Origin: Camelus ferus
Taxonomy: Eukaryota
NCBI RefSeq assembly: GCF_009834535.1
Contig: NC_045707.1
Span: forward strand, 53,694,001-53,758,000
Length of the DNA stretch: 64,000 nucleotides
Direction of reading: 5' to 3'
Part shown: one piece after another, positions 12,121-27,161 of the stretch
Position numbering within the stretch: the stretch's first letter is position 1
Layout: each line of letters opens with the position of its first letter
Program-made: the position numbers and the translations under genes
Notes under the pieces: generated by a model
Database searches by the model: none
What the model was told of the DNA's origin: nothing
What the model saw: only the letters and a program-made list of their open reading frames with translations

Positions 12121-15100
12121 GTCTTCCTTAATCTGTCACTGTTCCCCAGTGTCATTGTTATGTGCCATTTCTGTCTTTGTTCGAGTTGTTACAGACGTAA
12201 TAACTCCCCCTTCCTCCACCCCAGAATCACCAGCGCACACCCTGCCCATCTCCCGATCTTGACTATGAGATTCCTCTCTGGAATGTGTGAATTTAACATT
12301 CCTGTTTTTTCAGTAGTAACTGAAAGGTTGTAAAAGTCCACATCATGTAGTAATTTTTTTACACATATTTTAAAGAATTTAAGGCTGATACACAAAAAGA
12401 AGTCACTAGGGGAATGCACCTAGCCAACCCCCCCCCCCACTTTGTATACCTCAGTTCAACTTTAAAAAAAAAAAGTAAGTTCCACTAGTCTTTGAATAAA
12501 ATGTAATTATTGCAGAGTAATTAAAAAGAAAAAGAAAAAGGAATCAATAAGCAAGCAAACAACAAAAAAATTCTGTTATGTAGTAAAATATGACCCTAAA
12601 AAACACCAATGCATTAGTGTAGGTGATAGAGATGATAAAGAAAAAAAAGTGAATATGTTTAAAAATTAAATCCAGAAAATTGATGTTTTGAATAGGAGAG
12701 AATAATATGGGAATTACCAGTGGATTGTATCTGTACAAATAATATTATTATGAAATTGGCAAGTTTAGAAAATTTTCAAGGTTTAGGGAATATAAAGGAT
12801 GTTCTTTTTTTAAATAAGATGATTTAAATTTAATTAGTTGGATATTAGCTTTAAGGAAAACTACTTTGATTTTAAAATCAAGGAAATCTGGAGATTTTCC
12901 CCAATCTTGGCATGTTGTATTTTCTTATTTAACTTCTAATTTTATAATATTGTTTTAAATAGATTATTCTTTTTTTATACTGCATACTTTATTGGTTAAA
13001 TTAATAGTTTTCACAAATTGACATCAAATTCAACTAAGAATAGATATAGCATAAAGGAGCTAATGAGTTATTGGCAGAACAAAGGCTTAAATGATTTAAT
13101 TTAAATTAGCCAGAAGTATGCCTGAAATAATTTTAAAGAAAAAAAAATTATTTGTTGAAACTAGTGACTAGTATAGCAAACTCACTGATGGGCAACAACT
13201 AGCAACTATTTTGCTTAGCCAGAGAATATCTACAAATGGTCATTTTTCTCTAAAAATGACTATCTACTCCACTCCCATTTGTCCATCCTGGATGAGGATT
13301 CTCAGGAGTTAGGCAAAAAAAAAAAAAAAAAATTAGGGACAGAGGAATGAGAAAAGGGCTGAAGTTTGGAGATAGGAGAAAAAAGATATGAAAACATACT
13401 TAAAGCACAAATTAAGATCAAATACAAACAAGAGACAATTCTCCCTCTGTCCCCACCCATGTTAGCTTGGCAAAGACTTAAAAAGGCTTAAAGCACTCAG
13501 TTGCCAACTAGAGTGTGAAAAAAGAAACACTCTCCTATGGTTCTGGTAATACTATATTAGCATGAGTGTTGAAAGTGGGTCCTTTCAGTTTATGGGAATC
13601 ATGTATGTTTCTACTACAAAAATTAAATACACAAATTAATGAGAAAACTGGGTTTGGTGGTTCTTATAGATGGAGTAGTGTTCTCTTGTCAGTCATTCTA
13701 AGCTGTTTCATGCTTAGAAACATAATTTCATTTCTAGCAACATAATTTATGCTTTGTGGTTTATATTCCCTCGATTCCAATTATTTACCCATGTGGTTTT
13801 TTTTTAATCAGGATGTCTTTTGATTTCTGTTTGTCTAATACTTGTGTACAATTAGAACTAATATGTTCTCTTGTCACTTAATATTTCATATTTTGTATAA
13901 TTTTTACAGTTGAGGTGCCTAGTCCCTCAACTAGATAGTCAACTCTTTGAGGCCCAAAAATTAATCTTCGACATTCTAGTGTCACCCCATTTCTAACACA
14001 GTGCTTTCTGTAAATTTATGATCAGTAGCTGTAGTTTGAATAATCATCACTCTTGCCACAAACATTATTATTATATAAAACATGCTAGTTGACACTGATG
14101 AAATTTTTTAAAAATGCACATATTTTACCAAAAACTGGTTGAACACCTACTGCTTGCCAATGGTGTACAAGACTCCAGGGATACAATTGTGCATGAAAAT
14201 AAACAGAGTCTGATTTATGTTCTAAGAGATCAGAACAATGTTAAATAATCACACTACTTAATATATAATTAAAAATTGAGATAAGAGCTCTGAAGAAAAG
14301 AAACAATTGTTTCATAGAGTTTTGAATTCTATATTCTCTAGCAAAGGACAATACGCATTTGAAACCAAGATTTCTTTTTCTGATCATGCACTAAATATAT
14401 TTCTCCAGAAGGTATCTTTACAACCACATGTGAGAGTAAGACTCTACTTCCTGTAAGTCTAGATGCACCTGTGGTCTAGGTGACAACCAGTGTGTGTTTG
14501 ACTGTGGAAGGAGGTTCTGGACCCTCTTTCTCTGTTTCATGTTTCTGTGGATGAATTCTGCCCAGGGAATGCTCAGCTCCAGTGTCATAGGTGAGTCTAC
14601 TTAGATGGCATCTTAAGTTCAACAAAGGCAAGCCGTACTCAATCAAGGGGCAAAATATCCTACCTTTTCAGTTTTAAGTGTCTGAAGATCATTAATTTGC
14701 CTTTTAGTCATCTCATCTATAGTGAAGGCAGTTTTCAAGGTTGAGCTAATGATTTTCCAACGTTGTAGGCCCCAAGCTTCCTTCAGCAATGTTCCAGTTA
14801 AAAACAACGTCACCATAGCTACTCATCTCATTTAGAAGTCAGCTTAAACATGTGGGCATTAACATGTGCAGGCCAAAGTGTGTTATCACGGAACTAACAC
14901 TATTCCTGGTCCCCCAAGGATCTTTCACTTTGCTTGGCTGACTCTGCAACTCCAGTGAAGTGCAGTCAGACTCCAATAAAAGAACAGTTTGCCTCTTCTT
15001 TCCTTTGCTGCCGTTTGCATTTCACCACTCAGCTTACAGAGATGAAATCTATTACTCAGCAGGTAGTGCTTGCACAAATGAAAGATAAATTTTTCTTCCA

Positions 15101-18100
15101 GATAGGACAGATCAGTGAGAATCATAAAATATTAATGATGAAAGCTGTGGGAATTAGATAGCCCCCTGACCATAGGTTTCTCTTGACAGTGAAGCACAGG
15201 CAGTTTAACCTTTTTTTTTTTTTTGTAAGAGTCCCATCAAGAATGATATGAAGGGAAAATAATACATGATTTAAGAGTCAAATGAGCATAGATTTTTTGA
15301 GAAAGATAATATTTCTGTCTCATTTTCTCTCATGTTTTGTGTTCCTTATCTGCAGTAAATTTCACTGAGTGATGTAGTGGATTTGATTTGATTCTGGAAG
15401 CTGCTCATGTGCTCAGGAAGGAAACTGCTTGAGTATAACATAGAAAGTACACACTTCTTACTATATTTAACTTAATGCACAATATTATAATAGCTGGCAT
15501 GTGATTGAAACAATTCATTTACCCAAAAAATTAGGGATCTTTTTAATGTGTATTCAAATATATGTCATTAAGGAAGGGCTCTGTATTCTTCAGAAAGTAA
15601 TTGTTACAGATATTTTTCACTTGCTGAGATTTTATCTTGACAGTCCTTCCATAGTCATTAAAAATGTATAATTGTCTTTAGCTTTATATTTCTTTGTAGA
15701 ATGCTTAGTCAATTACCATTATCCTAAGATTTTTTTCAACATTATGTTTTCATTTTTCACAGAAACAAAGTTTACACTTACAAAATTTAAAGATCATAGA
15801 AATTTTTGATTCATTCGTAATTCATTCATATTCATTCTCTTATTATGGCAAACTGAGTAATTATATATATATAAACATATTTATATATTATAAATTTAAT
15901 TATCTATGTTAAACATTTGAATAAAGTTTAAATGTTGGAAATTTATTAAAAATAATAAAATAATTTTATTAAGCAACTATTTTTAAAATTCTTTAAACTT
16001 ATGTTAACATAATTGTAGCATGATTCACAATGCTTTTAATCATGCTAAAGAACAGAAGTATATAAAACTAACCATTGCTCATAGTAATGCCTCAAAAAGT
16101 AGGTAATCACCAAAAAATGAAAGTAAATACAACTAAATCATGTCTACTAAAATTTAAAACATATTGAAAGTGCCATTTAACATGCTAAGTCTTAGTAATC
16201 AGAAAAATAAAGCATCCTTTTTCATTTGTACTCTTTATTTCTCTACCTAAATAGGAAAAATTCTTATAATAATAGTTCTGGTTTTATATCAAAATAATAT
16301 TTATTGAAAGAAAGTATATGATAATACAGTCAGAGAAATTTATCTTTGCTTAATTACCCTTTACTTAATTAAAAATTTTGTTTCATGTATCTTTTCTCTG
16401 GTACACCCCTATGATGAATACATGCACAATGATAGTCCAGATACAATCCTTACAGAGCACTAGTGAGTTCCTAAGATCTTGTGCTTACAGTGTATGTTTA
16501 AGTCTCTAGTTGGTGATATGCATACAAGGATAAATCAGCAGATTCCATTTTGTTAATCAGCCTTTTAGAAACTTCATCAACACATTGCAAAAAAATCAGA
16601 TCTTTTGTTAAAACATATCTTGAAATATGGTTAATTTCATGACACTAGTAAGTTAAAAGACTCAGAAGACATAGGTCCGTCACAGGACACCTGGTCTTCA
16701 AGCATGCTGTTTCTTTCATGGTTGCCTGATCATCTGATGATCACCTCCAGCATCTGGAACTCGTTTATTATTATGTTCCATTCGTAAGTTTGAAAACATA
16801 AACCAAATACCCTGCTGTAACCAATTCTAAAGCTTGCATAGAATTCAACTTATTATTACTACAGCCTTCTGTGTACCAAATTCTTTGGAATCTATAGCTA
16901 GGCCTTCTTAAGCCCTACCTCCTTTCTGTCCCACGCTGATGACTGTCGATGCTGCCCTCTCTGTGCTGAGATATAACCAATTAGCTGTAATGATAATAGC
17001 TCCATATTGACAAATGAATTTATTTGAAATGAGAATTCTAAAACTGACTACTAACATTTTAAAATATCAGTCTTCAATTGCAACTATTCTTGCTATATGT
17101 GGAAGCCACAAAAGAAAAAAAAATAGAAGAAAAATACAGAAATCCCAGTGCAGGTGTTGTTGACCACAGAAGCTGACCATAGCACGTCTAAGTAGAGATG
17201 AAAAAAGCGAATAGAGATGTCAGGAAAGGCAGAGAAATCTGTGCCTCAAGAACATAGGAATTTTCACAACTAAACATTGTCTAAAAGAATAAATGTTTCT
17301 ATAGCATCAAACTTCAGGAAATAACATTATTGGCTCCTAGAGGTACCTAAAGAACCCAGAAAGCACTAAATATTCAAAAATATAAATAGTACTTTTAAGT
17401 TCAGTGGAGAAAAGCAGTGCAACGTAACAAAATATTTATTATTTAAACTCTCTTTGCTTAAAGAATATGCACATGACTTTAAAGACATTATTAGAGATTT
17501 TTCTTCATGTATTTGTTGTGTTATAGGTACACAGTTTTCCTCTGAATACCCTTGTTAACATAGTCTGGCAGACATTCAATAGCAAACTCTGTTCCAGGAA
17601 ATGAATTTATAATGTTATAGCAGGAACAATCTCTTGAATGTTGAAAACCTTTACATGAGTATATATTATATGCGTGGGAATAACAAATTTTCTAGAAATT
17701 TTTTAATTTTATTTTTATTAATAATAAAAACAGAGGATTGTATTAGTCATGTTGGACTTTCTTTTTTCCAGTGTATCAACATTTTCTGCACAGAACAGAT
17801 TATGAAAACTTCTTTCTTAAGGTGAGTTTGGGTGTCATTCACAGTGTTTTGAGGGGCTATAATAATTTTTTTATATATCATCAAAGACATCCCATAAATC
17901 AGATTGTCTTAGGATAGTTGCATACACCCAGATTGAGAGTGTTTTCTCATTAGTTTTATATACATAAGTCCTATTTATTCAACAGTACTACTTTCACTGT
18001 AAACTCTAAAGGATATTTATTGGAAATTTCTGAGTTTGTCAAAGCATGTAACTTGATATTTTGATTAAAACTTGGAAATGTTATTGATGCTAGGAGAAGA

Positions 18101-18199
18101 AAGCAAGTCATAGAACAAAAATAACCTATTACAACTAATACAATTAAGATATCTCCCAGTGCAAATGAATACACACACACATATGAGAGTCATGTTAAT

Positions 18200-19123
18200 G
18201 TCTTTAACTTCATCCTAAAATAAAGTATATTGACTGCTTTAATTACCATGAGCCATTTTTCTGTTAATACTGTGGGTATTTTTGCTCTATTATTCCAAGA
18301 GTTAGGAATTGTTGTTGTATTATAAATTAGTGTTATATTCGATTTACTCACATATTTCCCCCTTTTTTCCACCATGCTGTCTCATTAGATTGTCTACCTT
18401 ATCTACCTGCTTGAAGTATATCCGTTAGACTTTCCTTTAATGAAGATTTCACTGTTTTTCTTTATCTGAAAGTATTTCTATTTTTATCTTGTTCCTGAAA
18501 ATTAATTTCTCTGGACTGTGAGTCTACATTGCCAGGGATTTTTCTGATACCGTTAAAGATTTGATTCTATTGTTTTCTGGATTCCATTTATCAATGGGAA
18601 GTCCATTGTCTGTCTAGTTGCTATACCTGTGTAGGTAATTTGCTATTTCTCCTTGACTGCTTTTAAAATCTCCTCTTGATCCTTGGTGTTCTGAAGCTGG
18701 TTATGATATGTGTAGTTTTTATGTATCCCACTTTAGATTTGCTGGCCTTCCTGAATCTGAGGATAGATGTCTTCCAGCAGTTCTAGAACTCCTCAGTCAT
18801 TATCTCCTTTAAGTGTGACTTCTTCCATGTTTCTCTATTTTTCATGTCTCCTAAATTTTTTTCAAATTATTTCATAGTTTCTTAATACTATGTTCTTGGA
18901 ATCCATATCCAGTTCACTGATTTGATGTGTATTTGTAACTATTTTTTTTAGTATATAATAGATTTTATTGAAAAAATTCAACTAAAGCATAATAGGATTG
19001 TTAGTAACAGTACTGTATCACTACTTTATATCTCTTGATATTTTGTTTCTATACTAATAACTGGAACCACTGATTTGACATTCATTATAGTATATTCTGG
19101 TCCTTTCCCATCCTCCCCATATT

Positions 19124-19178
<55 letters not shown>

Positions 19179-19600
19179 TATTGAAGTACAGTCAGTTACA
19201 ATGTGTATATTTGTGACTTATTTTAACCTTTTTATTCTTTTAATTTTTATAATTTAGGGGTTACAAAATTCCATTTGAGTCTTTTACAAATTTAATAGTC
19301 CCTTTTTCTTGCTCTTATTTTCAATTGAAACTGTTTTAATTTTGTGGTTCTGATTGCACTTCCATTTCCTGTTGTTTCACTTGTGAAATCTTATTTTCCC
19401 TTTGTGTTTTTGTTTTGACTATAATCTCATGCGTGTGGAATGTTACTGATGAAAATTCTTTAAGGCCAGACTTGGGAGATCCATTCTTAAAGTATTTGCT
19501 TCTACCAATCGCCCAGGGGGCACTATCAACCCAGGACCACTTTTAAACTAAATGCTTTGTTTTCAAACTAAATACTTTCAAATAGCATGAATGTAGATTT
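18200..19600 (-). mobile_element. Ancient L1M/HAL1-type fragment (ORF1 region)
   Basis: T-rich antisense motifs such as ttctccttgactgcttttaaaatctcctct and ccttcctgaatctgaggatagatgtcttcc. Boundaries approximate. Confidence 0.6.
19123..19205 (-). repeat. (TTTA)14 microsatellite forming the tail of a roughly 25-nt L1 3' terminus
   Basis: 14 perfect TTTA units at 19123-19178, followed by tattgaagtacagtcagttacaatgtg, the reverse of an L1 3' end. Confidence 0.85.
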
Positions 19601-21844
19601 CAGATCTGTGATGAGGACCAATTTGTTAATATATTGCCTTTCAGACCCTTTTCCCCCATGAGGCTTATGTCTCATTTTGTAGGAGAGATCGTCTACTATA
19701 TTTTTCACTCTGTCTTCATGAAGAAGTCAAAAGGGAAGCTCAGGCTTTCCAAAGATCTCTAGAAGTTCTCGTGTTGAAAGCTGGCTTTGGTGATACCTCT
19801 CAGGGTTTCTACTTTTACTTTGATCTTAGTATTTTCAGATTTCTTCCTTTCATGTGAGATCCAAGATTCTTAGAAAGTGCATATGCTTTATTTGTATACA
19901 TAATTTTATTTAACCGTTTTCATCTTTTCATCAGGAAGTTTACTCTGGCTATATAGATCCAGTAGACTGATTTGAAGCAGAAGATCAAGTGTTGGGGGTC
20001 TATTAAAGATGCTAATTGTGAACTCTTTCAATTTCTCAGACAGTTTAGACAGTGATATTTTTCTCTTTTGACTCAACTTAATTAAATAGCTGACCTCTGC
20101 TAAAACTTTATTCCAAACTAATGTCCTGCCTCTGCAATTCTCCAGCCTTGTCCTTCCATGATTCTGTTATGCTTCTGTTACTTCTTTCTCTTCCCTGAAG
20201 CAGAGACTTTATCACATTAATCTTACTAAACTGTTAAGCCCTGTCAACAGTGAAAAGGGGGGTAGTCTGTGATTCTGCTTTTGAAGAAACCACCCCCCCA
20301 AAAAAAACCCAAAACATAATGTGGGTACCTCTTCTAATCTTTTAGACTCCCAAACACGCAATATTAATTTTATAGCCTTTAGAATTCTTGTAATTACCAT
20401 TAATGCTTACTGTTTAAGTAAACGAGCAATTCATAAAATGTCCATGCAGGCTCTCTAATGAAGTTACCCATATGGTTGTTGGAAAAGAGGGTTAAAATTA
20501 GACAGGGCAAGTACTCAAGTTTTTTATTCTTTTTACTCATATGAAAGATATGTATATAAAACAGCAGTCGTTGGCATTTTCCAGTATAAACATTTCAAAA
20601 ATTTCTGTTTACTCCCTTTGGAGGCTGCCACTCCCACACTGGTTTAAATCAGCCAGATTTATTTGTAGAAAATAGTATTATAATATCCATGTGCTATATT
20701 TTAATATAAAATCCAGTATTTTTTTTACTTTAAATATAACACATGTTATTCTTCTTTTTTTAAGATAATATGAAAATGACATTACAAAAACATTCAATTT
20801 ATAACAAGCTGGGTTTTGAGGGAAGAAGAAGATTTTCATCCATAAATTCCAATCCATCGGTACTGAGTTCCTTTTCATAAGCTCTTTTATTTTTTAATTT
20901 TCATTTTTCAGCAGTGTCTAGTAGCAATTAAAATTCACAGTAACTTGTGTATTCTCAAATATTTGTAGTGTGTGTGGTTCACTTTTCCTTTCAGTGCATT
21001 GAAGGGTCAGGCTCTTTAATTACATTTTCTACTTCCTACATTTCCACTACTCTACCTATCTAAGGCTAAACCAAAAAGTTAATAACAAAATACTACGCAA
21101 AAGAGGCTATTTTATTCAAATACAGTCGAATTATCCAGCTTCATATATGTTGGTGAGCTATTGTGCATTATAGTATATGCAGTATTAGCCCACAGAAAAG
21201 TCTAACTCCTTATAATCCTTTCATTACAACAGATGCTTGATCCCATAGTACCTGTCTGCCACTTTTGATAAATATGGACTTCTCAGGAATTGAGCAGTTA
21301 TTCTCTTTTTAAATTTCATTTCTTAATCTAACATTAGAGTAGTGAAGCATTTCCAGTTCAACATCCTTAGTTTTGACCTTCGTAGAATAAAACTTATGAG
21401 CAACTTAATCTCCCCAAGTGCATCGTTATCACAATTCCAATGGAATTCTTCAACCTTCAGCCTCGAGCTAAATTTGGCAAAACCTTGAATGGATGCTCTC
21501 TTAGTTAAAATTCTCAGCTTCTATATTTCTATGTTCCATGGAAATAATTGCTTTGTGTAAAATCAGCAAGTAAATATTTGCCTACAGATTAGTTAAATAA
21601 GTATTGATCTATGTTTTAGAAAGTGAATAAGCCCAATTTTTCAAATATAAAATAATAAGGCTGAGAATAACAATATTATTCAAGAAATGAAAGTACATAT
21701 ATCCACAGTCTGTGGATCTTAAGGCTTTAGAATTGCATAGTATGCTAGAGGATATATGTCCTGAGGGACAAAGCATAGTGATTTTTTAACTTGAAAAAGT
21801 CTGAGAACTGCTACATTTTATTAATTTCTTCATCGTCATGAGAA

Positions 21845-22348
21845 TAGCAGTTCTCAGACTTTTTGTTCTCAGAATACTTTACTTCCCTAAAAATTATTTT
21901 GGACTCAAAAAAGGTTTGTTTATATGCACTTTATATTAATATTTACTGTGTTAGACACAAAAATATACATTTTAAGATAGTCATTTCCTTTAACATTAAT
22001 AATAAACTATTACTTATAAATAACATATTTTCATGAAAAATAACTGCATTTTCTAAACAAAGCAAAGTTTAGTGAGAAGAATAATCCTGTTTTTCATTTT
22101 TGCTAGTCTCTTCAGTGTAGAGGGGGGTCTCATTTCTGCTACTGTATTCACACTGTTTTGCCTTCAAACATTATGAAGCCTTTGGAAAACTGTATACTCT
22201 GTATACACTCTGTATACTTTTGACAGAATAAGAATTTAAAAAACAAATAAAGTCTTAATATAATTATCAAAGTAGTTTTGATCTTTTAGTTCCTCATAAA
22301 AAGGTGGTAGAGATCCCAGGTGACCCTAAAAAACAATGAGAACTGCTA
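21845..22348. mobile_element. hAT-Charlie non-autonomous DNA transposon (Charlie1b-like)
   Basis: Perfect 12-bp terminal inverted repeats tagcagttctca (21845-21856) and tgagaactgcta (22337-22348), 504 bp long, with a Charlie1-like 5' sequence. Confidence 0.85.
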
Positions 22349-22369
22349 CCTTGAAACGATATATTGTCC

Positions 22370-22782
22370 TTCTGAGTCTACAGCTCACAAGGACGATTCT
22401 GCCAATCCAGGCTGGGCTTGACTGAGCCCTCTTGGCTTACTCAGGTGTTTGTGGTCAACTACTGGATTGTCTGGAAGGTGGCTGCTCCAGGATGGCCTTG
22501 GCTGAGGCCTCTGTACCTCTAGCAAGCTAGCCTGGCCTGTTCCCATGACAGTGAGGGGTCCAGGAGAGGGAGCTGAAGCGTGAAACGCCTCTTGAGTTCT
22601 ACGCTTGGATTGTACACTGTTAAAGCTACAGCAGTTCTTTTGGCCAAAATGTATTTAAAAAGTCAACCTCCAGTTCATGGGTGGAAAACAGGCTCTGCCT
22701 CTTGATGAGAGAAGTTACAAAGTCTTATTGAAAAGGGGGTCCATACAAGGAAGAACTGGGGGCGTTTTGTCAATTAACCATG
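22370..22782 (-). mobile_element. MaLR MLT1 (F/H-like) LTR
   Basis: Motifs ccaggatggccttggctg, agcaagctagcctggcctgttcccatg and ctctgcctcttgatgagagaagttacaaagtc. Confidence 0.75.
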
Positions 22783-25116
22783 GCATCCTAGATCTGCGCC
22801 CCCCCCCAAAAAAATAAAAGTAATCCTTTGCCTCATTTCAATGAATTTAACTCTGTAGTAGGTACAGTAGGAATCTGTAAGGACATATTTAGAAGCTATC
22901 TTTTAAATTTATTAGTTTGGGCCCTACACTGTAAATGCTCAGGTGTAACCAAGGCCTTGGATATAACCAGGTCCTGAGAGATGGGCTCACACTAAATAAA
23001 ATAATAAATGTAAATATGAGTACATAAGCAATATGAAATGGATGACAACTTTGCTAATTTCTCAATTTATGATAAGAAAAATAAATATTATTTGAGCTGG
23101 AAATATATGTATGGGGATAATCAGCAGAATCTCTTACTGTAGTTAAGTAATACTATATAATACCACGCATATGCCATCAAAAATTCACTTTCACGGGGAC
23201 CAGAAATAACCAAAATACATAATTTGAGCACATTTCCCCCTTATAAGCAGACAAATACAAAAATCAGATGTTAATTATCTAAACACCTACCACGAGGTCA
23301 GATGCGTAAGGGTCTAATGAAGTCAAGCTAAGAGTACATCTGGTAACGGGATTTGTTTCTTCTCTAACAGAAGGGAAAATGCATGAAGTGTGTATATTGC
23401 ATCTCTGTCCACCTCGAGGATAACCATACCGTTAGAACAACAATACCAAAACCTTTTACAGCTTGGGTTCCCTTTCCTCTGGGTCAGATGTTGCATATTC
23501 GACGGTCTAGAATCATATAGGTACGATAAGTGAGTGATGCAATTCAGTAGGAAAATACTGAGAAATTGGGGGATGGGGAAATTGTACGAAACTGAAGAGA
23601 GCCTTCCCTGTCTAAATGGAATGAGCTAATACTTAGGTCCAGCCAGTTGTTGCAATGTGGGAATGAAAGCCCCTCTTTACTATGTACTCTAATTTAAAAA
23701 GAAAATGAGATATTTATCTAAAATTTTCCTTTTTTTCACATATTGCATGGACCAAGCCAATCTTGTTAGAAATTAGATTCTCCCTCAGGTGGCTATTTTG
23801 TGACACCTACGTCGTTGAACATTGCAGATGCGCTCATGAAGTTCCCGTTTTTTAGGCTTTGTTTCCACTGATGTATTGCTCTGTTATTGATGCTCATGCA
23901 TATTGATGTTGATGTATGAAGAGTGATATCATACATATGGATAATCCAATCCTGCTCTTTAAAAATGTATGCAATCTGTTGTTCTCATGCATTAAAGTGT
24001 AAGAGCATGTAAACAAATCTAACTCAAATAAATAAAACTGTAAAAGGTCAGCAAAAACCAGAGAGAGTGGGAGAGGAGCACAAATAATTGATATAAATTT
24101 GTAGTGGGCAGTTTCACCCACCATTTCGCTTGGTACACACCCTGCTGTGACCCTGAGAAGGAAACGGGAGATGTAAATCTGTTACTCCCACAGTTATTAT
24201 TAGTTCCCATGTGTGAACATCTACTCACCAAATGGAATGTGAGTCTAGTGCTTAAGATGCATGTATTTCACACATGATGCCTAGGTCCAAATAGGGCTTA
24301 CATTCGATTCTTAATAGAAAAAGCACAGTCGTTCATAACACGGGGAGAAAAACTGACTGTGCATGGTGAATCCAGTTTTAGTCAGAATATCAGTCTTAAA
24401 CATGGCATGAACGTTCTACTTCTCCCTTTTTTGATGGATATATGTTTTGTGCTTTAGTTGGGGACTTCAAATTTAATGGCTACATGAGACACTGACTTTA
24501 GACTCTAAAGGCAACTTGGAATATTTTTCACATCTATTAATTGAAAGTCAGGAAACTGCCTATCCTAAGTTCTATCAATATGTCATATCAGTCACTCGGA
24601 CTCTGTCGCATTGATTTTTTTTTTCTTTTGCATAAATTTTTGGCTGGACTAATGATCTTCACATTCTTTGTAGCTTGAATATTCTATGATTGACGTTTAG
24701 TTCATTGTTGAAATTAATATAAAATAAAGTATGCTTTGAACCACTGAGAAAATGATAAACACGTTCCTCCAGATTACCACATAACTCGTATTTTATTAGA
24801 AAGCAATGCATAAATGTATATCATATCTAATCAATCTTTAGTCTTGCCTCTTCAACTTTTTTTTTTTAAAAAATGCAACCTAATGCTTTGTGCATAATAG
24901 ATTTCTCAACAAATATTTGTTCGTCATTGATACTGGTGAACTTTTCCATGTAGTGTGCACCGTGCACAGGTAGTCATGTTCACTGGTACTAAGACACATT
25001 ACAAGCTTCATCTCATAAATGCATAGTGAAGTGAACACGGTCTCTAGCGCAGACTACCATGTTTTCTATTCTACAATCATACTGGTTGCAACTTGAGTAT
25101 CAGTCTGTAGACGCAA

Positions 25117-25468
25117 TGTCTTGGCCTGTTCAGGCTGCTATGGCAAAATACTACAGCCTGGATAGATTATCAACAAGAGACGTTTATTTCTTACGCTTCT
25201 GGAAGGCGGAAGCCCAAGACCAGAGTACCAGCGTGAGTGCTTGAGGGGCCGTTGTAGAGCTGCAAACTTCTGACCGTGTCCTCACACGGCAAAAGGCACA
25301 AGCTGGCTCTCAGGGGCCCCACTTATCAGGGCTCTGATCCCATTCACAAGGGGTCCACTCTCACGACCCAGTCACCTCCCAAAGTCCCCACCTCCTCATC
25401 AGTCACCTCGGGTGCTAGATTTTCAACAGATGAATTTGGGGAGGGGCACAAACATCAGGCCATAGAAC
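25117..25468 (-). mobile_element. MaLR MLT1A-like solo LTR
   Basis: Starts tgtcttggcctgttcaggctgctat, contains cacctcccaaagtccccacctcct and ends tgaatttgggga...aaacatcaggccatag. Confidence 0.85.
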
Positions 25469-26021
25469 ACAAATTTTACACAAATTATTTGCAAGCAGTT
25501 TTGATTTTCACCAGTTAACATGAGATTTCAAAATGTGCAAACCAAAGTATGACTTTTTATTCTGTGTGAATGCAGGCAAATTATTTAATCTCTGCGTCTC
25601 CGTTGCCTATTCTGTAGAATGGTGCATGACTTACATCTGTTACCATCTCTTTCCTTTCCTCCTTTACAAGTCATTGTCATGAAAGATGATACTTCCAAAC
25701 CAGGAAAAAAATAAACTCGGATTTTCAAAGTGATCTTTTTAATAGAATTATAGGCACAACAAATGTTTGTCTTAGTCAATTGCTACTTGTAATTGAGAAA
25801 TTTGGTTATTATCATTTAAATGGTTGTTTCTAATCTGTCCATCCAAATACAGTTATGTGCAATTAAAATTAACCCCTAGACACATTCCATTCTCAAAGCA
25901 TAAAGCTTTCACAGTTCTTTTTAATGTTAATGAGACTTGCACACATTCATCAATGAATAAAAGGAAAACTCTGAGCCAGAATCTAATTGCAATATAGCTG
26001 TCCTGTAAAGTTCCTTATTAG

Positions 26022-26071
26022 GCATGAATAAAACACCACCACTAATATCATGGGTAATAGTTTTAAATTAG
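26022..26071 (+). other. Candidate 50-nt 5'-UTR cassette exon of MGAT4C
   Basis: Branch-point-like ctaat near 25983-25987, acceptor gttccttattag| and consensus donor TAG|gtaagt at 26072, in unique-looking sequence. Inference only. Confidence 0.35.
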
Positions 26072-27161
26072 GTAAGTGGCTCCCTCCTCTCTGAAGGAAA
26101 TGAATCCAAAGAGAACAATAAATTTATTACTAATCTTCAAAAAATATTTCATCAAGTTCCCCCCTCCCCTTGTCTTTTGGGCCCAGCCTCCTGACACTGC
26201 AAAGCAGGAAATGGTGCCTGCCACACGAAGTGGAAGGGAAATTTTGAATTGTCACGCTGGTGGAAGACTCTACTGGTTTTTACCAGGCTGGACCTCTGCC
26301 CAAGTATATATTTAAGTAGGCTATTTGCAAAGCATATGGATCAGCAGCGTTTGCATTGTAGCTTTTCTCATATATGATAGCAGACCCCAGTCCCACCGTC
26401 CAGTCGGCCGTGCACTGCCTTCCTTTCCCATGACTTACCCAACTTTTCAGGTCTACCTTTTATGACCTGACGTTGACATTTACATTTGCCTTAAACTATG
26501 ACAAGGCCTCAGAGGGCTGGAGACCTTTTCTAACCTGAGTCATTCTATTTAATTCATTGCTCGACTCTAATGCTGAACAAATAAAACTGTGTGGGACTAT
26601 TGATGTAAAAAGGTGTAGAAAGCTTATGTAAGCACAGAATCAGTCAACTCTTTATTACTAGCAGTAAAGAATAATAAAACAACCCACACAAATTACATTT
26701 GGCTTAAGATAGTGTAGTATACTTTGATCACATATCATTATATCTTGGCTTCATCAATAAATCCAACATTTATTTACAATCTGCTTGATGACTGGCAGGT
26801 GGTTAGATTTGGGAATTTAAACAGATATAATTTCAACAAGTGTTGAAATAGAAATGTGAACTAAATGGGAGCAATTTATTCAGCTGATGATGTCAGGATT
26901 GATCGGATAGACTTTTTTTTTTCTTTTGAGTGTGTCCCAAATTCTAGTTGCTTTGTTGTCTCATGCAATTAAAGAAATAACCCTTGAATAACCTGATTAG
27001 GTGTTAATGTGCCAACTTTAAAATGAAAAACCTGAGGATTAAGATCTTGCCTAAAGTCATATGGCCAGTAAGTGGAAAATTTAGGATGCAAATTCAGAAG
27101 TATCTGGCATCCACATTATCTCTATGAAGCAGATGCAGGATGAGATTTGGAGTTGAGTTTT

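Noticed and set aside
14937..14970. Imperfect hairpin ctgactctgcaact...agtgcagtcag followed by AATAAA
   Set aside because: Short bulged stem with no recognisable ncRNA family features; compatible with chance.
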